Source of the DNA: Candidatus Yanofskybacteria bacterium
GTDB taxonomy: Bacteria; Patescibacteriota; Minisyncoccia; 2-02-FULL-40-12; GWA2-44-9
Direction of reading: 5' to 3'
Length of the DNA: 64,000 nt
Assembly: GCA_003151795.1 (NCBI GenBank)
Contig: PLYL01000008.1
Coordinates: 3,103 to 67,102 of the forward strand
Below, piece by piece: positions 39,351 through 48,540 of the stretch. The position numbers and the translations under genes are program-made. Position 1 is the stretch's first letter; each line of letters opens with the position of its first letter. Below the pieces are notes generated by a model, which searched no databases, was not told where the DNA came from, and saw only the letters and a program-made list of their open reading frames with translations.

Positions 39351-39875
39351 ATGAATACATCCATTTTTCTTGCGATAAACAACTGGGCGGGTCGTTGGGG
39401 TTGGCTCGATGGTTTGATGGTCTTTTGCGCCGAGTATCTGATGTACGTGATGATTTTGGTCGTGCTGGTCTATGCGATTCGGAATTACAAAAAGTATCGG
39501 GATATGGCGATCGTCTCGATTGGTTCGGCCCTCGTGGCTCGATTCGGTGTCGCTACTTTTATTCGGCATTTTTATTACAGTTCTCGGCCGTATTGGATTT
39601 TGACCAATGTCCATCTTCTGCTCGCTCGCGAAACGGAAAGTTCCTTCCCGTCGGGCCATGCGATATTTATGTTCGCCCTGGCGACCGGCGTTTATCGATA
39701 TAACAAAAAAGCCGGCTGGTGGTTCTACGCCTCGGCCTGCCTGGTCGGTTTCGCCCGCATCTTTGCTGGCGTCCATTGGCCCTATGATATTGTGGCAGGT
39801 GCCGTTCTCGGTGTTTTGACCGCTTTGGTGTGCGGATGGTTATTTAGAAAATTTAAACACGTTGTCGGGTTGTAA
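39351..39875 (+). CDS. PAP2 family phosphatase (undecaprenyl-PP phosphatase-like)
   Basis: RP, SFPSGH, RIFAGVHWPYD. Confidence 0.9.
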   Translation: MNTSIFLAINNWAGRWGWLDGLMVFCAEYLMYVMILVVLVYAIRNYKKYRDMAIVSIGSALVARFGVATFIRHFYYSSRPYWILTNVHLLLARETESSFPSGHAIFMFALATGVYRYNKKAGWWFYASACLVGFARIFAGVHWPYDIVAGAVLGVLTALVCGWLFRKFKHVVGL

Positions 39876-39947
39876 AATAAGCTCCTATTTTTAGCGCAGT
39901 GGATAACCTTGTTGTAATTATAAATTTGTTGTATCGTACAGGTACAC

Positions 39948-40466
39948 ATGGGGAAAGCTCTGGAAAGAGGTGTTATTGCCACTAAAATCGACCAGCGTCT
40001 TTATAAGAACGCCGTTTTGTATTTTATTAAGTACTGTAATAATCGTTATCTCCACCAAACTAAACTTAACAAGCTTTTGTATTATTTAGATTTTATTTCC
40101 TATCGTGATAATAAAAAATCAGTTACGGAGGATGTTTATATTCATAAGCAATATGGTCCAGTGCCTGCACACGCAGATGAGATATTGACTCAACTCAAAC
40201 AGCAAGGTGCTATTGGAACAAGTATGTCTTCCCACAAAGACGGAGAGATGATAAGTTTTGAATTGAAAGATGAATCGCAATTAGATGAATCGGTTTTTTC
40301 TCCAGAACAAAAGAAGCTCCTCAAAGAAATTTGTGATGAGTTTGGGGGTTGGCCAACTGAAAAGATTGTTGCCCAAACTCATTTAGAAGCTCCTTGGTTT
40401 TATTCAAAGCCTTATGAAATCGTCGATTATGCCTACGCACAAGACATCGGTTTCTTCAGGAAATAA
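39948..40466 (+). CDS. Panacea (DUF4065/SocA-like) antitoxin
   Basis: TKLNKLLYYLD, YGPVP, THLEAPW. Confidence 0.85.
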   Translation: MGKALERGVIATKIDQRLYKNAVLYFIKYCNNRYLHQTKLNKLLYYLDFISYRDNKKSVTEDVYIHKQYGPVPAHADEILTQLKQQGAIGTSMSSHKDGEMISFELKDESQLDESVFSPEQKKLLKEICDEFGGWPTEKIVAQTHLEAPWFYSKPYEIVDYAYAQDIGFFRK

Positions 40467-40474
40467 TCAGAGCC

Positions 40475-40858
40475 ATGTCGTGGGTATATATCGAGAGAGA
40501 GCAATTTGTCCGTATGTGTGACAAACTGGATATATCAGCCACCGTCAGAGAATCTATAAAATCATGGGCACCCACTGTATCTAGATATGAGATACCACGC
40601 CAAAAACTAGTTTATCGGTCTCCTAAAAATAAATATGAAGCTTGGGCTGCTGGGCTTCCTAACCCAGATAGTAATAAAGGTAAAAGTGGTGGCTACAGGG
40701 TTGTTTATTATCTAGATCTTATTGAAAAAACGATAAACTTGGATTTTATTGAGGATAGAAAGAATCTAGGTTTTAAAGATGAAGGTCATCGTAAAAAAGA
40801 CGGCTATAATGATTATATTCGTGGTCTCAAAGAATTTTTAAAAGAGAATGATTGTTAA
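40475..40858 (+). CDS. RelE/HigB-like toxin
   Basis: KGKSGGYRVVYY. Confidence 0.7.
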   Translation: MSWVYIEREQFVRMCDKLDISATVRESIKSWAPTVSRYEIPRQKLVYRSPKNKYEAWAAGLPNPDSNKGKSGGYRVVYYLDLIEKTINLDFIEDRKNLGFKDEGHRKKDGYNDYIRGLKEFLKENDC

Positions 40859-40893
40859 TTAAAACCACCGATAGAATATCGGTGGTTTTAATT
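40857..40893. terminator. Bidirectional terminator
   Basis: aattaaaaccaccgata-gaa-tatcggtggttttaatt. Confidence 0.85.
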
Positions 40894-40894
40894 T

Positions 40895-40981
40895 TGGTGC
40901 CGCTGGTCGGACTCGAACCGACAAGGGATTGCTCCCACGACATTTTGAGTGTCGCATGGTTGCCAATTTCATCACAGCGGC
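40895..40981 (-). tRNA. tRNA-Leu(CAA)
   Basis: 87-nt cloverleaf with long variable arm; cgaca-ctCAAaa-tgtcg; encoded CCA. Confidence 0.96.
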
Positions 40982-41054
40982 ATATTGACACTATAGCATT
41001 TTATCACCTATTTTTCAATTGAAAATTTTATTAAATAGGTTAGAATGAACGCAT

Positions 41055-41819
41055 ATGGCACGCGTCATCGCAATCTGCAATCAAAAAGGGGGAGTGGGAA
41101 AAAGTACCACGAGTACGAATATTTGCGCCTATATGGCGGCAATGGGGAAGTACGTGCTTTTGGTTGATTTGGATTCTCAAGCCAACGCGACGGTGGGACT
41201 GGGGATTTCGGTCGGGCCGGAAGATTCTCATATTTATCACGCTCTCATCAATGACCAGAATCCGGCGGGGATGTTGAAAAAAACCAGCATGTTCGGATTC
41301 GATATTCTGCCGGCCGGCCAGAGTCTGGCTGGGGCGACGGTCGAGCTAGTAACAATGGAAGAGCGGGAATTAAGATTGAAAAAAGTTTTGAATTCTCTCC
41401 GCACCAATTACGATTTTATTATTATTGACTGCCCGCCGTCCCTGGGCCTTTTGACCGTCAATGCTTTAGCGGCGGCGGAACGGATTATCATTCCTGTTCA
41501 GTGCGAATATTATGCCCTGGAAGGCTTGGGCCAGTTACTTAAAACAATCGAGCTAATCCGCCAGGGGTTGAATCCCGATTTGCAGGTCTTGGGAGTATTG
41601 CTTACAATGTATGATAGGCGGAATCAGTTGGCGAATCAGGTCGTGAACGAAGTCCATCGCAATTTTCCCGGCCGAGTCTTTGATGCCGTAATTCCTCGAA
41701 CAGTCTCCCTGGCCGAAGCGCCGAGTTTTGGAAAAACAATCCTGCAGTTCGACCCGAATTCCAAAGCCGCTCGTGCCTACCGCCAATTGGCAGAAGAAGT
41801 CATTAAATACAGTAATTAA
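41055..41819 (+). CDS. parA: Chromosome partitioning ATPase ParA/Soj
   Basis: NQKGGVGKST, DCPPSLG, EAPSFG. Confidence 0.95.
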   Translation: MARVIAICNQKGGVGKSTTSTNICAYMAAMGKYVLLVDLDSQANATVGLGISVGPEDSHIYHALINDQNPAGMLKKTSMFGFDILPAGQSLAGATVELVTMEERELRLKKVLNSLRTNYDFIIIDCPPSLGLLTVNALAAAERIIIPVQCEYYALEGLGQLLKTIELIRQGLNPDLQVLGVLLTMYDRRNQLANQVVNEVHRNFPGRVFDAVIPRTVSLAEAPSFGKTILQFDPNSKAARAYRQLAEEVIKYSN

Positions 41820-41820
41820 T

Positions 41821-42711
41821 ATGTCTATGGATAAAAAATTTTTCGGGCTTGGCAAGGGTTTAGGTTCGCTTATTCCTGAAGGAGCGAAGATGATGCAACC
41901 GACTTCTCAAAAAGAGAATGTTTTTTATGTGGAAGTGGCCAAGATTGAGGCCAATCCCGATCAGCCTCGGCAGGATTTTGATAATGATTCGCTCAAAGAG
42001 TTGGCCAGCTCGATTCGCAAGTATGGCGTGCTTCAGCCGTTGCTGGTTTCCAAAGTGGAAACTTTGTCGGTCAAGGGGATAGACGTCTCCTACAATTTAA
42101 TTGCCGGCGAACGCCGTCTACGCGCCGCCAAGATGGCCGGCTTGCCCCACGTGCCGGTGATTATCCGCGATGATTTCCGCCATGAACGGGACCGTCTTGA
42201 AGTGGCCTTGATCGAAAATGTCCAGCGCGAAGATTTGAATCCGCTTGAAGAAGCCGACGCGTACCTCCGCCTTTCCAAAGAATTCAGCCTGACCCAAAAA
42301 GAAATTGCCGAAAAAGTCGGCAAGTCCCGTGAAGTCGTGGCCAACACCATTCGCTTGCTCAACTTGCCCCAAGACATCAAAGACGCTCTCCGCGCCGGCA
42401 AGATTGCCCGCGCCAGCGCTCGCGCCTTACTCGCGTTCAACGACCCTGCTAAACAACGCCAGGTTTACGAGAGCATTCTCGCCGGGGGAGTATCTTCCCG
42501 CGATGTTGAAACCGCCGCCGCCGTCAACAAGCCCAGCACCAAACGCCCGCGCCTCACCGAAGGCAAGTTTGTGGAACTGGAAAAGAATCTCGCAGACACC
42601 CTCGGCACCCACGTCTCCATCCAAGGTGCCGTCGCCTCCGGCGGCCGAATCGTCATCAAATTCGCCTCCCTCGAAGACCTCAACAAAATCGCAAAGACCA
42701 TCGTCGACTAA
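41821..42711 (+). CDS. parB: Chromosome partitioning protein ParB/Spo0J
   Basis: GLGKGL, QPR, IAGERRLRA, ENVQREDL, HTH. Confidence 0.95.
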   Translation: MSMDKKFFGLGKGLGSLIPEGAKMMQPTSQKENVFYVEVAKIEANPDQPRQDFDNDSLKELASSIRKYGVLQPLLVSKVETLSVKGIDVSYNLIAGERRLRAAKMAGLPHVPVIIRDDFRHERDRLEVALIENVQREDLNPLEEADAYLRLSKEFSLTQKEIAEKVGKSREVVANTIRLLNLPQDIKDALRAGKIARASARALLAFNDPAKQRQVYESILAGGVSSRDVETAAAVNKPSTKRPRLTEGKFVELEKNLADTLGTHVSIQGAVASGGRIVIKFASLEDLNKIAKTIVD

Positions 42712-42996
42712 ATGGATACATTCTTAATTATAGGAGTAGTTGCGATTATCTGGATTTTAGAATCGATTAAAAAAGTACTTGTAAGCATTAGAACATTACT
42801 TGAATTACCCTCGAGCGCCAAGAAAAAATATGATGAAGAATTAAGTAAATTAAGTGATGAAATTGAAACAGATCGTATTGCGGTATTAATTTCTCCGTCC
42901 GGCGAAGTCGAAAATGGGTTCAAAAAACACCTAGAAGAGTTAATTGAAAAACGGAAACATATTTTAGAACAAAGAAAGAAATACTTTCACGATTAA
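42712..42996 (+). CDS. Hypothetical protein with N-terminal anchor
   Basis: AT-rich ORF abutting parB stop; terminator about 43006-43034. Confidence 0.6.
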   Translation: MDTFLIIGVVAIIWILESIKKVLVSIRTLLELPSSAKKKYDEELSKLSDEIETDRIAVLISPSGEVENGFKKHLEELIEKRKHILEQRKKYFHD

Positions 42997-43040
42997 TCCG
43001 AAACAACCAAAAACCGCCTAGGCGGTTTTTGGTTAGAGTC

Positions 43041-43181
43041 CTATCTCTTTTTCTTCGGTGCTCTCTGGGAAAGATCGCTAGCTGCAACAGATTTTTTCTG
43101 TCGGTGAGAGGTTTTCTTATCCCTCAACATCTTAGAAGCGATTTTCGCCATCTTTGCTGATGTTCTTCTGCTTTTAGGCAT
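43041..43181 (-). CDS. Small basic protein (46 aa)
   Basis: MPKSRRTSAKMAKIASKMLRDKKTS...KSVAASDLSQRAPKKKR; ends at shared terminator. Confidence 0.55.
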   Translation of the reverse strand: MPKSRRTSAKMAKIASKMLRDKKTSHRQKKSVAASDLSQRAPKKKR

Positions 43182-43440
43182 AGGAAGAAAGTAAATGGAA
43201 TAATTTTCGGCAATAACACGTGGCCGCATCCAGCAAGTTCTACCTTCACTGATTTCAGGAAATGCTGTTTCAGTTATTGTTTCTCGACATTTACCCCAAG
43301 TACTGGTTTAAGTTATTTGGATTTTTCAAGGCGACCAAATTCGATAGTCCGGCTATATTATATAAAAATAAAAAACTTGACGAAAGGTTAATAAGAATGG
43401 TTTGGGGACAACTTTGTGGACAACTAAAACAAGCGAAGTG

Positions 43441-43636
43441 ATTGCTATTTTTCTCAATCTGCACAATCGGCTCTATTTCAGCGACTCTGACGCTATTTCT
43501 CTGGGTACCGAACCGAGGATGTCGAAAACGGCCCGTTAGGGCCGCATGGTTCGACAGGAGTTGCTTCGGTCGGTCAGAGAAATTAGGAAGAGTCGTTAGA
43601 AATAGTCCGAGCGGAAGCCTGAGAAAAATGGCAATT
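43441..43636 (+). ncRNA. Candidate rod-shaped ncRNA (6S-like or novel)
   Basis: Nested self-complementarity over 196 nt; G-U pairs favour + strand. Confidence 0.55.
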
Positions 43637-43925
43637 ACGGAGCGACCTTTTTGGTATTCTTGCACTTCGGGAAATTGGAGCAGGCTTTGAACTTGCCGAA
43701 CTGGCCAGTGCGGATGATGAAGTGGCCGGTACCGCATTTGTCGCAGACTTCGTCGGTCATGACGGGGGCGTCGGCGCCGGTGGGCGGAGCTTTCTTTTCG
43801 ATATATTTGCAGTTCGGATAATTCGAACAGGCAGTGAAGTTGCCAAACTTCCCAGACTTTACAACCAGATTGCCGACATGGCATTCGGGACAAGTTTTTC
43901 CGGCGTTGTTTTTTGGGTCAGACAT
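43635..43925 (-). CDS. Stand-alone topoisomerase C4 zinc-finger protein
   Basis: Two CxxC...GKFG.F.ACS.YP.C repeats. Confidence 0.85.
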   Translation of the reverse strand: MSDPKNNAGKTCPECHVGNLVVKSGKFGNFTACSNYPNCKYIEKKAPPTGADAPVMTDEVCDKCGTGHFIIRTGQFGKFKACSNFPKCKNTKKVAP

Positions 43926-43929
43926 GAAA

Positions 43930-44157
43930 TTAGAGAAGTTTTTTAAAATCTTCGATTGAAATATTGATGTCGCGGATAATTGCTCGCAGAGTGCCACGAG
44001 GAATATCTTTGCCAGCATGGCGAGCGACCACCGCTCGACGGCCATCTGGGTGTTTAAAAATTACGTGCGAGCTACCGGTTTCGCGATGTTCTAAAAATCC
44101 AAGTTTATGGAGGATCTGGATTAATGCCCGATCTTTAATTACGGGAAGAGGAGACAC
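43930..44157 (-). CDS. hicA: HicA family toxin
   Basis: LGF..R..GSSH..FKH.DGR, H...DIPRGTL..I. Confidence 0.9.
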   Translation of the reverse strand: MSPLPVIKDRALIQILHKLGFLEHRETGSSHVIFKHPDGRRAVVARHAGKDIPRGTLRAIIRDINISIEDFKKLL

Positions 44158-44159
44158 GG

Positions 44160-44390
44160 CTAGGCGGTGAACTGAATACTTTCAAAAACCTCAATCCCTC
44201 TATCTTCCGGAATTGCTTCTCCATCGGCCTTGAGGCTACGGAGATACACGTCGATGGCATCACGTACATTGGCTCGTGTTTCTTCTAGAGACTCACCCCA
44301 CGTATGACAGCCTGGCAAGGCGGGAACAGAGGCGTGAAAAGTATTATTTTCATCTGGTTCAATAATAATGCGATATGTATAGGATTTCAT
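44160..44390 (-). CDS. hicB: HicB family antitoxin (short form)
   Basis: VPALPGCHTWGESLEE...DAI. Confidence 0.9.
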   Translation of the reverse strand: MKSYTYRIIIEPDENNTFHASVPALPGCHTWGESLEETRANVRDAIDVYLRSLKADGEAIPEDRGIEVFESIQFTA

Positions 44391-44399
44391 AATCTGATT

Positions 44400-46745
44400 C
44401 TAGGATTCTTTAGATGAAGTGTCAATGACAGCGATTTCCCCACTAGTAGAATCTTCAATGGCCTTCGGCTTTTTGGGAGTTGAAAATTCACTACCCGGCT
44501 TAGGCTTTCCATATTTTTTAGCAGGTTTAACTGGTTTTGATTTCCATATTACCAATGCTTCCTGCAGTTCGGCTTCGCTTTCGGGTTTCTTGCCCATCAG
44601 GAAGGTACAATCGGGCCAGCGGGAACAGGCATAAAAGAGTTTACCACGGCCGCGGGATTTTTTCTCCACAACATCGCCAGTCAGACAGTTCGGGCATTTG
44701 AATCCGGTCTTGTTGAAGATTTTGGAAATACCCTTACATTTAGGATAATCGACACAACCGAGGAAATAGCCGAAGCGCCCGCGGATTACTTTCATGGGTT
44801 TGCCGCAGATAGGGCACATTTCGCCTTTGGTTTTTTCTTCCAGTTCTTTTATTTTGGCGGCTTCTTCGGGCATAGGAAGCGAAACTTTGCTCCCAGGTTC
44901 GGGACAGGCGAGGAATTTACCGTTGCGTCCGAATTTAACGAGCATCATTTTACCGCAGTGCGGGCAAGGCGTAGTCGATTCGACGATTAGTTTTTCGACG
45001 AGTTCCGTTTTTTCTTTTAAGTTCTTGGCGAAAGGCGCGTAGAATTCTTCCACCACCGGCACCCATTTAATTTTGCCTTCGGCAATATCATCAAACTCTT
45101 CTTCAATGTGCGAGGTGAAATTTATGTCGATGACTTCTGGGAAGTTCTCAACGAGCATGTCGTTGACCGAAAAGCCAATTTCGGTGGGTTTATATTTCTT
45201 GTCTTCTTTTTCGACGTAGCCGCGGTCCTGAATCGTGGTGAGGGTCGGCGCATAGGTCGAAGGACGGCCGACGCCCGCGGCTTCAAGGGTTTTAATGAGC
45301 GAGGCGTCGGTGTATCTGGGCGGCGGTTCGGTGAAGTGCTGGTCTTTGGCGAGCTTAATCAGATTTAATAATTCTTTTTGGGACAATTCCGGAAGTTGGC
45401 CGTCTTCGTATGAGTCTTCTTCAGTCTTTTCGTCGTCTTCTTTGGTTTCGGTATAGGCGCGGATGAAGCCGTCAAATTTAACCGCTTGGCCGTTGGCGCG
45501 GAAGGTGTATTTTCTTGATTCTTGATTCTTGCTTCGTGCTTCTATATCCGCGGCGGTTTGGTCGAGAATGGCAACCTGCATCTGGCAGGCGATGGTCCGT
45601 TTCCAGATCAAGTCATAGAGGCGGAGCTGGCCGGAATCCAAATCTTTGTCGAGACTGTCGGGCAAGCGGGATAAATCGGTGGGCCGGACGGCTTCGTGAG
45701 CTTCCTGGGCGCCTTTGGATTTGTTGAGGAATGAGCGGGGCGCGTCGAGGCAATATTCCTTGCCAAATTGTTTCTTGATGACTTCTTGGGCTTGAGCCAG
45801 GGCAATTTCCGAGATATGCAAACTGTCGGTGCGCATGTAGGTAATCATGCCGGTTTCGTATAATCTCTGGGCCAAGGTCATGGTCTGTTTGGCGGAGAAG
45901 CCGAGTTTCTTGGCTGCTTCTTGCTGGAGAGTGGAAGTCGTAAATGGCGCGGGCGGGGTCCGTTTGACTTCTTTTTTCACGACGTCGATGACTTTATATT
46001 CGGCGCCGACTAATTCGTCGGTAATTTTTTTAGCGTCGGCTGGATTTTTAATGCCCAATCGGTCGATTGATTCTTCGCCCCCGCCTGGCCGGCCGGCAGG
46101 GATTTTGACGAGCCGAGCTTTGAAAGTCTTGTCCTCGTCTTTTTTAGAAAGGTCGGCTTCGACGGACCAGTATTCTTGGGGCGTGAATTTTAGGATTTCG
46201 CGTTCGCGCTCCACGACGAGGCGGACGGCGACGCTTTGGACGCGGCCCGCGGAAAGGCCGGAGCGGATTTTTTTCCACAGGAAGGGCGAGAGTTTGTAAC
46301 CGACGAGGCGGTCGATGATGCGCCGGGCCTGTTGGGCGTCGACGAGATTCTGGTCGAGCTGGCGGGGATGAGCGATGGCTTTTTCAATCGCGGGTTTGGT
46401 AATTTCATGGAAGACGACGCGTTCGGTCTTGCCGGCCGTGGTTTTCTTATCCAGGCCGAGGGCGTGGGCGAGATGCCAGGCGATGGCTTCGCCTTCGCGG
46501 TCCGGGTCGGTGGCGAGAATCACCATGTCGGCTTTGGCCGCCGCGGTTTTGAGTTCGCTGACAATCTTCTTGGCTTTTGTCGGAATAATATATTCAGGTT
46601 TGAAATCGTGGGCGATATCGATGCCGATGCCTTTCTTGGGTAAGTCGCGGATATGGCCGAAAGAGGATTTAACGACAAAATCGCCGCCGAGGAAGCGGGA
46701 GATGGTTTTAGCTTTGGTTGGGGATTCGACGATTATTAACTGCAT
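44400..46745 (-). CDS. topA: DNA topoisomerase I
   Basis: IVESPTKAK, ATDPDREGE, SAGRVQS, ITYMRTD. Confidence 0.98.
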   Translation of the reverse strand: MQLIIVESPTKAKTISRFLGGDFVVKSSFGHIRDLPKKGIGIDIAHDFKPEYIIPTKAKKIVSELKTAAAKADMVILATDPDREGEAIAWHLAHALGLDKKTTAGKTERVVFHEITKPAIEKAIAHPRQLDQNLVDAQQARRIIDRLVGYKLSPFLWKKIRSGLSAGRVQSVAVRLVVEREREILKFTPQEYWSVEADLSKKDEDKTFKARLVKIPAGRPGGGEESIDRLGIKNPADAKKITDELVGAEYKVIDVVKKEVKRTPPAPFTTSTLQQEAAKKLGFSAKQTMTLAQRLYETGMITYMRTDSLHISEIALAQAQEVIKKQFGKEYCLDAPRSFLNKSKGAQEAHEAVRPTDLSRLPDSLDKDLDSGQLRLYDLIWKRTIACQMQVAILDQTAADIEARSKNQESRKYTFRANGQAVKFDGFIRAYTETKEDDEKTEEDSYEDGQLPELSQKELLNLIKLAKDQHFTEPPPRYTDASLIKTLEAAGVGRPSTYAPTLTTIQDRGYVEKEDKKYKPTEIGFSVNDMLVENFPEVIDINFTSHIEEEFDDIAEGKIKWVPVVEEFYAPFAKNLKEKTELVEKLIVESTTPCPHCGKMMLVKFGRNGKFLACPEPGSKVSLPMPEEAAKIKELEEKTKGEMCPICGKPMKVIRGRFGYFLGCVDYPKCKGISKIFNKTGFKCPNCLTGDVVEKKSRGRGKLFYACSRWPDCTFLMGKKPESEAELQEALVIWKSKPVKPAKKYGKPKPGSEFSTPKKPKAIEDSTSGEIAVIDTSSKES

Positions 46746-46760
46746 GTAACTGATTTAACC

Positions 46761-46865
46761 TTGAGAACTAACCCTTTCGCCCCAGACCCATGAAACCAGT
46801 CCCGTCGGTTTCCCCACTGCTGTGGGACCCCTTCCACTACTGGGGCTTAAAGGGTCAGTTCTCAA
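46761..46865 (-). promoter_or_regulatory. Structured element filling the dprA-topA spacer
   Basis: About 24-bp closing stem plus two inner hairpins. Confidence 0.5.
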
Positions 46866-46868
46866 TTT

Positions 46869-47732
46869 TTATTCTGACTTGCGAAAAATTCCGCCGGCCA
46901 TTTGTTTGATATGGCCCTGGATTTCCATGAGCGCGAGTGCGCCCATAACTTCTGACGCGCCAAACTTACTCTCTTCTATGATAGCGTCGATGTTTAAAGG
47001 GCCGTGTTCTTCGAGCACCGCAAGAATAGTAGCATGGGTTGGGTCGATTGTGGAGAGACGCGAAGATTTTGCGAGGGGAAGTTTGGAATAATCATCCAGG
47101 ACATCATGCGCAGAGGCGACTAGTTTTGCGCCGGTCCGAATGAGTTTATGCGGGCCCATCGATTTCGATGAAAAAATATTTCCCGGCACTGCGAAGACAT
47201 CGCGATTCTGTTCTCCGGCCAGCCGAGCTGTAATTAAAGAACCGCTCTTTTCATCGGCTTCGATAATGAGAACACCTTTTGATAAACCACTGATGATACG
47301 GTTTCGTTCGGGGAAGGACTGCTTGCCCGCTGGCTTCTTGCCAGGATGCTCGGAAATTATTAAGCCATTATTTTTCAAAATATCCAGCCCGAGCCGACGG
47401 TTTGTTTCCGGCGTTATAGTATCAATGCCTGAACCAAGGATGGCGATGGTCTTGCCGCCGCAATCAAGCGTGGCGCGATGGGCGACAGCATCAATACCCA
47501 AGGCTAGACCGCTCACAATCGTGAAATGGCGGGCGAGGCCAGGGACAATTTGCTGGGCGGCTTCTCGGCCATAGGGCGTCATCGAGCGCGTGCCGACGAC
47601 GGCGAAGCATTCCGTTTTGAATAACGCGATATTTCCACGGCAATATAAAACTTCCGGCGGATCCGAAATGTGTTTCAGGAGTTTCGGATAAGCCTTTGAT
47701 GTTCGCTCGACTTTGATGACGGGATAATCCAT
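46869..47732 (-). CDS. dprA: DNA processing protein DprA
   Basis: AVVGTR, VSGLALGID, FPERNRIISGL, SGSLITA. Confidence 0.96.
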   Translation of the reverse strand: MDYPVIKVERTSKAYPKLLKHISDPPEVLYCRGNIALFKTECFAVVGTRSMTPYGREAAQQIVPGLARHFTIVSGLALGIDAVAHRATLDCGGKTIAILGSGIDTITPETNRRLGLDILKNNGLIISEHPGKKPAGKQSFPERNRIISGLSKGVLIIEADEKSGSLITARLAGEQNRDVFAVPGNIFSSKSMGPHKLIRTGAKLVASAHDVLDDYSKLPLAKSSRLSTIDPTHATILAVLEEHGPLNIDAIIEESKFGASEVMGALALMEIQGHIKQMAGGIFRKSE

Positions 47733-47799
47733 GGATAGCCCATATTACCCCGGGAAACTGGAAAAAAGCAAATTAATGTGTTAGATTAGCGCATACAAT

Positions 47800-48528
47800 A
47801 TGCATCTGTCCGTCATCATTCCCGCGAAAAATGAAGAGAAGTTTATCGGGCCGACCGTGGCCTCGGTTTTCGAATATTTAACCGCACGCAACATTGAGCA
47901 CGAAATTCTGGTGGTGACGAATAAATCGACCGACAAAACCGGGGAAATCGTGAATGAACTGCAGGCTTCTACAGTTCCAACGGTTCGTCTTTTAGATTAC
48001 CCCAAAAATGGCGGCAAAGGTTTCGCCGTCCGGGAAGGCATGTTGCGGGCGAAGGGCGACTACCGGTTGTTTATGGATGCCGATAATTCGACTAAAATAG
48101 ACCAGCTTGAGCTGATGATGCCCTATTTTGAAAAGGGCTATGATGTCGTCATCGGTTCAATTCGCGCTCCCGGCCATGAAGTCGTTCGAGGCAGTGAATC
48201 GTGGCTTAGAATTTTTCTAGGCCGCCTCGCGGGCTGGTATACGCGCATTATTCTTTTGCCGGGGATTCTTGATACCCAGCGGGGATTCAAAATTGTGACG
48301 GCCAAAGCGACGCAAGATATCTTCTCCCGCTCCAAGATTACCCAATGGGGTTTTGACATGGAGATGCTCGCTCTCGCGCGCAAATTTGGTTACAAAATCA
48401 AAGAAGTGCCAGTGAAGTGGCACAACAGTCCCAATACCGAGTCGCACCCGCGCCTATCGGCATATGTCGAAACCCTCCTGGACACCCTTCGTATTAAGCG
48501 TGATTTATTACTCGGCCGGTATAAGTGA
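47800..48528 (+). CDS. GT2 polyprenol-phosphate glycosyltransferase (Alg5/DPM-like)
   Basis: SVIIPAKNE, GKGFAVREG, FMDAD, DTQRGFK, WGFDME. Confidence 0.88.
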   Translation: MHLSVIIPAKNEEKFIGPTVASVFEYLTARNIEHEILVVTNKSTDKTGEIVNELQASTVPTVRLLDYPKNGGKGFAVREGMLRAKGDYRLFMDADNSTKIDQLELMMPYFEKGYDVVIGSIRAPGHEVVRGSESWLRIFLGRLAGWYTRIILLPGILDTQRGFKIVTAKATQDIFSRSKITQWGFDMEMLALARKFGYKIKEVPVKWHNSPNTESHPRLSAYVETLLDTLRIKRDLLLGRYK

Positions 48529-48540
48529 TATACTAATCAG

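Noticed and set aside
43380-43440. Replication origin near parAB
   Set aside because: Only one or two degenerate DnaA-like boxes; no cluster, no dnaA
43291-43893. 200-aa minus-strand ORF and 43442..43690 plus-strand ORF
   Set aside because: Overlap the zinc-finger gene out of frame and the structured RNA candidate; no recognisable motifs
46761-46865. SRP RNA
   Set aside because: Size fits but the conserved helix-8 internal loop and GNRA arrangement is absent on both strands
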